Assembly: GCA_031763465.1 (NCBI GenBank) | Contig: JARFOE010000004.1 | Coordinates: 2,320,443-2,363,489, forward strand | Length of the DNA: 43,047 nt | Origin: Squatina squatina | Lineage: Eukaryota | Reading direction: 5' to 3' | Shown here: piece by piece, positions 33,801-43,047 of the stretch | How the letters are laid out: each line of letters starts with the position of its first letter | How positions within the stretch are numbered: the first letter of the stretch is position 1 | Program-made: the position numbers and the translations under genes | Notes under the pieces: model-generated | Seen by the model: only the letters and a program-made list of their open reading frames with translations | What the model was told of the DNA's origin: nothing | Database searches by the model: none

Positions 33801-35992
33801 CTCATTTTTGGAGTGTATTTCAAAGTTCTCAAGTAATCCCAAAATGATTCTTGAGAAGAGTAAAATCATGATTTGCATGGGCTAATGTTAAGCACATGTG
33901 AATTTATCAATTTACGGCATTTAGTGCTTGTGTTGCAAGTAACTCTCAGTCCATTATTCAAAATGCAACTGGATACCATGCTGGGACAGTTGATGTTCTA
34001 CACGAATCAGTTTCAATTGGCTGGATTGCTTTTTCTCGTCCGTGACTTTTCTCATTTTCTTAGGTTCACTGAATGCAAGCAGAGTGGAAACAGAGAAATA
34101 ACTGGGGCGTTGATTGTCGTGCAGTTCATTGATATTTATGACCAAGTAAGGATAAACATCTTGTTGTTGAAGGACTCATTTTCTTTTATTGACCATCCGA
34201 CAAACTGATAATGAATGCTCGTGATAGTTCATCTCAAAATTTGGCTTGCATTCTAGACAAATCAGGAAAGCACATCAGGGTGTATTTTGTGAATTTGATT
34301 TCCTTGTGCGGAGGTGATATTGGGAATTCAGGTGTGGTGGTCAGCTGGTCCCGCATAATTTTCCCTCAATTCATTGTAATGATTGAAACCCTAATGTGTG
34401 TTCTAATGGACAAAAGACTGCACCATGAACACCAGTTAGTCAAATGTACCTTAATGTGGATTGAACTGCCACCTTTTGCTGAGGCAATGACCAGTGGAGG
34501 ACAACAGCTTCTTCACATCAGGTTCATGATCCGAAGCTGGCCAGGCAGTCACCATAAGTGAACATACATGAACACCTTGAAGATGAATTTTTTTTAAAAA
34601 AGCATTTATATCGGCCTCAGCAGGTCTCAAATAGCTGCAACTGAACGTCAAGAAGAAAGGTAACACTTTGGGCAGAGCTGAGAGCACACAGGCTGCTGTT
34701 AAAGCAAAGTGCTGAGGAAATGACATGCAACAGAACATGAACCCAACCATTTAATTAACAGTAAAGACATTCTGCAGACTCCAAACACTCAGCACTCCAG
34801 CAACTATTATTCAATGAACTAAATTCTTCTTTATCTGCATGAGAATGCAGTCAACATTTTTTAAAATTTGCTTCAAAATCGCCTCATAAAACAAAGGGCA
34901 ACGAGAAATAATGTCAGGAAAGAAAGATTGTTTCTGATGGGTTGAAACTAACAGTCTGCTACCTCTTATTAACCCGGATGGGAAAAAAAAAACAATCAGT
35001 TATTTGCTTCATGGGTAAATGGTAATTAATCCTTTCCGAGCAAGCTGTAATACAATTGGCATTTAAAAGAATCTGATTAGATGTATCTCTTCCACTGCAC
35101 ACTGTGGTTGCTCAAATTCCATGAAGAGCAGCATCATTATTTCTGTTGTTATGCAGTTCTTCATGGCTGCACTGTTATTTTGTCATCAATAGCTAACTAT
35201 GGTGATTGCCAGTGGGAAAGGTAAACTGTTCAAAGCAGGGCGGTCTCAACTCATAAACGTGAGGCGCAAGATGGTTCCCGGTTGAGACTCGCAAATCTTG
35301 CTCACATTGGAAATGTCTACAATGATCTACTGTGAAATTGCAGACATTTTCTAAAAACAGATGCATATGTAGTTACCTTCGAGGCAGAACATACATGAGG
35401 TACACAGGATAATTAACTGCATCATAAACGCAAGTACGCATAATCTGAGAACTAACCACGAGTGCACACAATATATAACTGGCACATTTAAAAGTTACTG
35501 GTTATTTAAAAGTGACAATCGTGGTTTTTATCCTCCAGCTATTGGGAGACAGTCTGTATAAAGGGGCAGTATGAAAAAAAAACATATTTCGGCCCGTACA
35601 GAAAGGCTGAGCTCTCAGCTCCACACAGCCAGAGAAAGTCAAAAAGCAACCAGCGTTCCTTGCACCAGCTGACATTTGCCACTGACAGCCCCTTAAAAGC
35701 CCATCTATTGAGGCAGTTCTCTATCCTCCACAGGCATTAACACCACCTTTCTTATTACACTGCTGCCAAAGCTGTGGCATGCTGCGTTGGCAGAGCTTTA
35801 ATGCATGCCAAGTATGAACAAAGTCAATCTTTGTAACCAAGTCCGGCATGAAAGGGCACCCAGCTGCCTGAGTGACACACGTCTATTGCATGTCACTGGC
35901 TCAGTAAAAGGCAACTTTGTTACTCGGGTATTACTTAAATCAGTCTGTTCAATGAACGGAGAACGGAAAGGATTTGTTTTGGAAAGCAACAG

Positions 35993-36278
35993 TTGGTGGT
36001 TAAAATGGATGATAGAAGGAAATGGAAGAACGTGAACACAGAGGAGGACAAAAAAAAAACACATACGAGATTCAACAATGAGCTCAGGAGTGAGGCTGAT
36101 CAGGCTAGAAAAATCTGGCTGAAGGGACTATGTGAGGAGTTGGAGGAGGTGGACAGGAGAGGCAAAGCTGATTCATTATATCAGAGAGTGAAGAGAATGG
36201 ATGAGAGTTAAAGCAATCAAAAGTAAAGATGGGCAATTATTGACTGACCCAATTGAAGTAAGAAAGAGATGGCAAGAA
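35993..36278 (+). mobile_element. RTE-clade LINE fragment (endonuclease-RT linker)
   Basis: MDDRRKWKNVNTEE...RFNNELRSEADQARKIWLKGLCEELEE...LYQRVK, then after a frameshift IKSKDGQLLTDPIEVRKRWQE. Confidence 0.75.
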
Positions 36279-36436
36279 TAAGAACAGAAGAACATTCGAC
36301 CCCTAGATCCTGCTCCACCATTCAATGAGATCATGGCTGATTTTCCACCTCAAGGCCATTTGCCTGCACTATCCCCATATTCCTTGATGTCTTTAATATC
36401 TAGAAATCTATCAATCTCTGTTTTGAATGTACTCAA
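36279..36436 (-). mobile_element. CR1 3' end
   Basis: LSTFKTEIDRFLDIKDIKEYGDSAGKW plus UTR and AAGAAC tail; same subfamily as 30250-30422. Confidence 0.9.
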
Positions 36437-36536
36437 NNNNNNNNNNNNNNNNNNNNNNNNNNNNNNNNNNNNNNNNNNNNNNNNNNNNNNNNNNNNNNNN
36501 NNNNNNNNNNNNNNNNNNNNNNNNNNNNNNNNNNNN

Positions 36537-36729
36537 GTGGTGTCGCGGAGGAGGCCCCTTCCAACTCCGGAGGTGGCCCCCCTGAGGTGCACGGCAGGGG
36601 GGCATCGCGGGCGGGTGCTGAGGGGTCGGCGTGCAACATTATGACACCGGTGCCAACTGCATCCCTGGTGGTGGGGCATATACGCCGCCGGGGCACCAGG
36701 CCCAAAAATGCATTTTTTAAATTTTGGCC
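36537..36729. mobile_element. GC-rich MITE right end
   Basis: CpG-rich block after a gap, ending AAATTTTGGCC. Confidence 0.5.
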
Positions 36730-38705
36730 TCAACACTGAGGTCAGGCCAACTGTGGCCCCTAAATGTCTAAAAGTACATTTTAATTAGTGATAAATTAAG
36801 AAGAATCTGTTTAAATGGCACAATAATTGGACGGTAGCAACAGAAATCTGATAGCAGCAACATTTTAATTGGTAAAATATAAGTATGGTAAAGTAATTAC
36901 AGAAAAATTCAAATAAGTCATAAAAATAATGAATTTCCTCAGAGCACATAATCTGGATTTCCGCCGCACTTTCAATGAGGCTATGCTGGTAGAGCAGGAG
37001 CAGCGCTGAGGAACTCCCGAGCCATTGAATAACTACAGTATTTTCTCTGTACCATATTCAATTTCCCAAGCATCTTGCATCATTTTTATTTTCCTAAGTG
37101 AGGTGATCATAGACTTGCCAAGTGAGAAGGAGGTCACGAGTGAGTTATTGTTAGTGTGGCGCCGGATAATATAAATCAGATCACACGGAACTCTACAAAT
37201 TATTCTTTTTATATTATTAATGTCAAAAATAGAACAGATTTCTTTGCGAGAACCACTAAGCAAACCGGCTTTTAATAACACAATTACTTAATTGTATGGT
37301 GATTTAAGGGTACATTTTGCAAGGCTCTGGTTCAGGCATGGAGTTTCACTTGGTGGGATTGAGGATCAATGAATCAGGCACGGAAGTCAGCAGGTTCAAT
37401 TTCCTGGTCACGAATGACCTCACTGACCACACTCCCATTAAGGGAGACTCTACAAGTGGTGCCTTACCATGATTTGATTTTTATTTCCACGGTGCTATTA
37501 TTAAGGAAAAAACTAGTTTCAATTCCTTCATAGAATCCTGTGAATTGAGAAATGATCTTGGATTCCATTCATTGCAATGATTAGCAGAACATTTGTTTTG
37601 TTAGTGGTTCTTCTTTACACGGTGCCCACATTCTTTGGCATGACGCAAAGAAACAGAATTTCGCCACAGGCTATAAAGCATTATTTTCTCTGTGCAAAGG
37701 ATAGAAAAAGACTTTGCTGCTCAGATCAAAACATCAGTGTGGGTGAACTGTGTTCTTTTTGCTTAAGCCTTGGGTTGGTGCAAGGGTGTCAAAAAGGTAA
37801 AATATATCTCCAGATATTGAAAGCCGCATTGTTAATTTGAAATAAAATGTCATTGATAGATGTGCAAAGATCCTTGCTCTAAAGGGTCTATTTGTTGTTG
37901 CTGTTGGCTTCTGATGCTAATGTTAATACAAATCCCTTTAGTTTTAATGTAAGAAACTTTTGCCCGAATACATTAGAGGGAATTTTGACCCATTAGGTAA
38001 ATGATAACATGTGGGTATTCAGTACACAAAGGAATGCCAAAAACCATGCCCGTCATCTGTAGCCTGTTACATTCAGCACTTTAAATACATGCCTCCCTTT
38101 TGATTATCGTCATTGACAATCTGTTATTTCCCAGTTTCCCAGTTTTATTAAACAAATGACAGACAGAAATTCCCACTGGGCATGTTTCGTACAGCCTATT
38201 ACAATTTTCATTAGGGGTTTTAACATTATTCATTGAAATAGCACCCAGCCTGCAATCCTCCCCATGGTCATTGTGGCACATCATAAAACCTGAATAGTGC
38301 GGTGTGAGCTTTCTGCAGACTGTTGTGATGGTTACTGCTTCGTCTGCTGTATCAGCTCACTGATGTATTCAACAATGTGCAGAGTTCAGTGAAAAAAAAA
38401 TACAGTGGAACTGGTAACCTGAACTTTTCAGAGAATGTGAGACATGGGTTATTGTGCAGTTTGAAAATCTGCATTACAAACAATCAATCTACCACATTTG
38501 ACTCTGCGTGGTTTCTATGATCGAGAGGTGTTATGTACTGGGAATGGGTTTTGACTTTATGCAATGTCTCAGGAACCGGGTTGTGACTTTGCTCGGTACA
38601 CCTACNNNNNNNNNNNNNNNNNNNNNNNNNNNNNNNNNNNNNNNNNNNNNNNNNNNNNNNNNNNNNNNNNNNNNNNNNNNNNNNNNNNNNNNNNNNNNNN
38701 NNNNN

Positions 38706-38847
38706 TGGAGGGGTATAAAGCATCAAGGATACTTGGGCGCAATTAATTTTTGCACCTAACTCACTCAGTGCACACAAGTCTGTAAGCCACGTCATTTGTT
38801 TGCGCCAAGATCTCGCTGGCTACAAATGCAAAGGAAACTCCAGGCCC
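38706..38847. mobile_element. MITE-like right end
   Basis: Follows a gap, contains GGCGCAA/TTGCGCC motifs and ends GGAAACTCCAGGCCC. Confidence 0.4.
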
Positions 38848-39910
38848 TGAGGTTTGTTGTTCTGGATTTGGGGCTTTTCTTTTTACAGATGGAGTTTATA
38901 TGCTGCTCACACCCTTTTTTCAATCTGCTTTAAACAAGCACCACAAAACCTTTGATCCAGCATGCCTAATCCTGGGTAGCTCACTGGCGTTATATTTTTA
39001 TTCTTCATGATTTTCTTTTGAAAATCTTACATGCTGAGCAAAATATTTCTAATTATAAAAATAATTGCTAATAAAAGGCAGTAGAGTTTTCACTTTTTTT
39101 AGTTAAATGCCCCCAGGGAAGTATGTCCACAGACAACCACTTTAATTTCCCTCCCGCTCCTGTACAAAGAATTAGCTTCAGTCATGTGAAGACAGCACTG
39201 TTCTATCCACTCCATTTAAATAAAAAGCCCATGTCGGCAGTCTCATCCAAACCACTATCATACATAAACTGAAAATGAAAATTGCTTGACCTATAGTATT
39301 ATATTCTTTTGATTTCTTACAGGAGAATTCAGCAGTTTAATTGTACAAATGTATTATGGTAAATGCAATTATGGTTTGTTCCAGAAACAATGACCTTTTT
39401 CTCCTACCGTTGCATTTCTTTCTCTCTCTCTGTGCCAGTAATGTAATGGTTCACTGTGTAACATTCTTTAAAATCAGTATTCTTGCCTGGATCAGTCTGG
39501 GAGGGAGTGCTATTGAAAAGAGCTCCTGTCTCCTCAGCAAAAGGTCAGGGTACCTGTCACTCAACCAGGTGTGTTTTCTTAACATACTAAATGGAGTCCT
39601 AGGATTAAAAGCTAACGAGGAGAGATATCCCATTCAGAGAATGGCATTTTTTCCCCTTGAAAATAAAAAAGTGAACTGGTTTTCTTAGTAGTAATAGACA
39701 GATTAGTTGAAGGCTAACAGATTGTGAAGAACAGCCTTTTGATGACTCAAGGATACAATTCCTTTTGTAAACTATAATTGCTATACACGCAAGCTAATGC
39801 TGGGCTGCACGCAGATAGAAAATTGTTAACTTTTAGACTTATGGCAGTAATAAAGCTGCTGAGATGGCAGGACAGTTTTTATTGCTGTAATATTAACCCT
39901 AGGTAGCTAT

Positions 39911-40080
39911 GGGGCTGAAATTGCACCATGGGCCCATTGGTGGCAACAGTGCTTTTTGCGCGGCTGCTGGAGTGAGGTGGCTCCCCTGGGAGTGGAGAGA
40001 GTTTGTCACTGGTTATCTGCTCCTTCTGCATCCGGCACATGCCTGCTCCGCCAACATATAGCAGTGGAATTTCAGCTCCC
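39911..40080. mobile_element. Short complete MITE (about 170 bp)
   Basis: GGGGCTGAAATTGC ... GGAATTTCAGCTCCC inverted termini, with TAT/TAA flanks. Confidence 0.7.
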
Positions 40081-40235
40081 TAAATAAATTAATAAATAAA
40101 ACACAATTTTAATGACTTAATGACTTTTAAAAAAAAACATTTTAATTCTTCTCAGCTTATCCTTTCATGCCATTTCACCGTCCTTCCTATTTTTCTCCCT
40201 CTTGACTTTTATTATTATATTGTCAGCCAGCTCAT

Positions 40236-40480
40236 TCTTGCCTGTGAGTCAGGAAGCTCATGCCAAGCCCCACTCCAGTACGTGGGCGCATAATCTAGGC
40301 TGACACTTCATTGAGGGAGGGCTTCAGTGTTGGAGGTGGGAGCCTTACGGACGAGACATTAAACTGGGCTCCCATGTGCTTGTTTTGGTGGTTGAGATGG
40401 ATGATAAATAAAGTAAGGCATTAAAAATTGAAAATGAGCAGGGAGAGTCTGTGCCAATATTCTTTCCTCAGCCCATCAGT
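40236..40480 (+). mobile_element. Deu-domain SINE, 5' part
   Basis: CTTGCCTGTGAGTCAG...AAGCCCCACTCCAG...CATAATCTAGGCTGACACTTCA...GGACGAGACATTAAAC...GAGCAGGG...GCCAATATT, homologous to 17212-17625. Confidence 0.8.
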
Positions 40481-40620
40481 ATACTTGGATGGGCTTTCTC
40501 TTAAATTTGAATTNNNNNNNNNNNNNNNNNNNNNNNNNNNNNNNNNNNNNNNNNNNNNNNNNNNNNNNNNNNNNNNNNNNNNNNNNNNNNNNNNNNNNNN
40601 NNNNNNNNNNNNNATTTGCA

Positions 40621-40641
40621 TGTGTGTGTATATATATATAT
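40621..40641. repeat. (TG)n(TA)n microsatellite
   Basis: TGTGTGTGTATATATATATAT next to a gap. Confidence 0.8.
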
Positions 40642-41596
40642 AAATATGTTAATACCTTCACATTTATTTGTAATGTTTTAATGATTATATACATTGCAAA
40701 TAAATGCCCACTTGTTAAATCATACTTTGTACTATGTTTCCAGCCTGTATTAATCAGCTTTCCCAGAGTTGTGTATTGCCCACTTTAGTGCAGCAACCTG
40801 CTATGTGAGTGAAGGAGTATGACATTTTACAATCCTGTCAAAGGAACGACCACTGTGGTTGATTTTAGTTACCTTCTGCTGTCAGTTGCGATACAATTGC
40901 CCAATGTCATCGGTACATTTACTGCAAACTGACACATGAAGGAATTTACATGTCCCCAGACCATGTTGCTCTCCTTGCTATCAATCTGGTACACATATCC
41001 TGAGCAATTTAGTCAGCGTGACCGGCTGTTGAAGACTGACAAGGCAGAGATGGTTTTCACTACAACTTTCTTGACTTCAGCAACCCAATTGTGTTGTTCA
41101 TTTTAAATTGAAATCTGTAGTATAACTTGGGTACAAAGGCACCAAACTGAATGTACTTCTCATTATAATAAATGGCGTGAAACCCATCTCCACAATGTAA
41201 TCTCACACCACTTTGGTTCTTCACAATAACTGCATAACTGTGTAACAATGTTGTTCTCAAACTATGGAGCACTTTGTTAATGTACTTGGTAACTACTTAA
41301 ACTTTCTTTTAAGATTTTTTTTAGTGGGCATATGCTTCCAAATGTGTACAAAGCTCCAGATGTCCTGACTAGGGAATGACCCTGAGCTAGCTGCATTGCT
41401 GTGGTTTGCAGTTTCACAATGCTGGACTCATTAACCATTGTTTTCTATCACTGAGATTTGAACCCATGGTCTTAAACTTCAAAGCTTGAATGGCTTTGAT
41501 GCATTAAGGCCTGCACTCTACTTATTATATCAGCATAATAATGCATCCATAGCTGACTAAGTATTACTGACGTAGTTTTAATCAAATAAACATATT

Positions 41597-42306
41597 GCCC
41601 AGATTTTGCAGTCAGCTCCACTGACCTGGAAGAAAGCTACAATCCCTGTGGCATTGATTTAACCTCTCCTGACATTAATTTGAATCTGATGCAAACTCTA
41701 GGGGATCTCCAGCATCCAGCAATAGTGATGTCATCAAGCTGGCTAAGCAGCCAATCATATATAAGAATTCTCACAGACAGCAAACCAGGAAGTAAAATGC
41801 ACTGATTTCCCCTCACTTTTTAATCATTTTATAGACAGCGAAATAAAGATTGTGACATACACATGGGATTATGGTAGAAACTGATATCATAAACAAATTT
41901 TTAAAAAGATATTATAATAACAACCATGGAATTTTATCATAATGGAAAAAATTGACACTCCACAAACATAAAATTAGTTTTTCAGATCGGTTGTTCAGTA
42001 CTAATTATGGCTCAGCATACCATTAAAAACCCAGTTATATCTCATTCAACAAGCCTTAGCTTTTTGGGGGGTTTTTAAGAGCGATATTCCAGCATAAAAG
42101 GGGACGTTTTCGTCAGTTCAGTGATTTCATTTGAGTGCCGGCTCTGGGGGGATCCCCCTGTGGAGGAGCAGGGAATGACTGCAGCTTCTGGATTTCCACA
42201 TTTTAACTGCGTATGTGTGTACTCCAGAAGTTGCTGTCAGGTTCACAGTTGTAATGACATTGAACGCTGACAGTTTTGTTGTCATTACAACCATTAATTC
42301 CAGGCC
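41597..42306. mobile_element. Non-autonomous DNA transposon of about 710 bp
   Basis: Starts GCCCAGATTTTGC and ends AATTCCAGGCC (weak terminal match), with ATT on both flanks and a perfect 12-bp subterminal inverted repeat at 42248-42291. Confidence 0.55.
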
Positions 42307-42482
42307 ATTGCTTTTTTCCCCCCACATTAAGGCATGGTTTCTCTTTTCATTCATACTATTTAATACTTAACATTTGCTTTCCNNNNNNNNNNNNNNNNNN
42401 NNNNNNNNNNNNNNNNNNNNNNNNNNNNNNNNNNNNNNNNNNNNNNNNNNNNNNNNNNNNNNNNNNNNNNNNNNNNNNNNNN

Positions 42483-42571
42483 GGATAGCTCTTCCTCGCC
42501 TCAAATTGCTGGACGATTTGTACATTAAACACACATTAAACTCGCTGTGATTTTGCTAGCAAATTCTGGCC
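42483..42571. mobile_element. MITE-like right end
   Basis: Follows a gap and ends GCAAATTCTGGCCC, matching the family terminal motif. Confidence 0.45.
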
Positions 42572-43047
42572 CACGAAAGCTTAGATGATCCGCACTGGAT
42601 AATTCATACCAGCTTTTCTCTGCTTGCTATGGTGCCCCTGCCATATCAGGATTTAGTTCTTTTCTTTACAACTGGCCCTCAGGGTGCCATTCAGTCACTT
42701 ATTTTGGGACTGAATTATAGAACTGGTGCAAAGGAGATGGCAATTGAATCAGCTCGCTGATTCACTCCCCGCACTTTATGATCACTGACCCACCAGCCCC
42801 ATCAAACTCCCCATGATGAATGGCATTGAATTGTTGCAGAATCCATCCTTGAGATGTTTCAAGACTATATGACCAATGGGGATAATTATAGATTTGGGCT
42901 ATTTTTTACGTACTGTAATTAATTCTATTAACCCAGTAGACATGGAAATCAGTTTTACTAGCTCAAGAAAGGGAAAAATTGGAAATTGATAGAAGCAGCC
43001 TCGGGTTTACGGCCGTTGAACATGGCAGCAGTGCTATCGCTTGCATG

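Noticed and set aside
33436-33885. 149-aa ORF
   Set aside because: Falls within a GC-rich MITE and has no recognisable product.
34449-34580. Possible minus-strand exon bounded by AG and GT
   Set aside because: All three frames contain stops before the donor and the acceptor is weak.
4692-40621. Several octamer (ATTTGCAT) sites suggesting Ig or snRNA promoters
   Set aside because: They are scattered, several lie inside repeats, and no V segment, leader exon or snRNA follows.
1079-42488. Many ORFs containing runs of X
   Set aside because: They are open only because they read through N gaps.
1-43047. CRISPR arrays, operons, rRNA or tRNA genes
   Set aside because: This is vertebrate DNA with no regularly spaced direct repeats; the tRNA-like A/B boxes belong to SINE heads.

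Overview
This is eukaryotic, vertebrate DNA, almost certainly from a cartilaginous fish and probably a shark. That call rests on repeat families recalled from memory: CR1 LINEs with (CATAGAAA)n tails, Deu-domain SINEs, L2, LF-SINE-like elements and GC-rich MITEs. The assembly is a fragmented short-read scaffold with 25 gaps of 100 N and three of 10 N, so adjacency across gaps is unproven. I recognise no host protein-coding exon; the window looks like a gene desert or very long intron. Nearly all recognisable ORFs are dead transposon fragments: CR1 ORF1 (zinc finger/esterase), CR1 endonuclease/RT, L2, RTE and Harbinger-type Myb/SANT. Between them lie repeat-poor, homeodomain-motif-rich blocks that resemble conserved non-coding enhancers. 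The most notable items are two LF-SINE-like relics (one split by an L2), a CR1 with 5'-inversion (twin-priming-like) geometry, two related Harbinger Myb/SANT elements with a likely MITE family, an RTE fragment, a degenerate hammerhead-like motif, a convergent CTCF-like pair and a candidate 36-nt micro-exon. I do not see convincing evidence for a new biological system.
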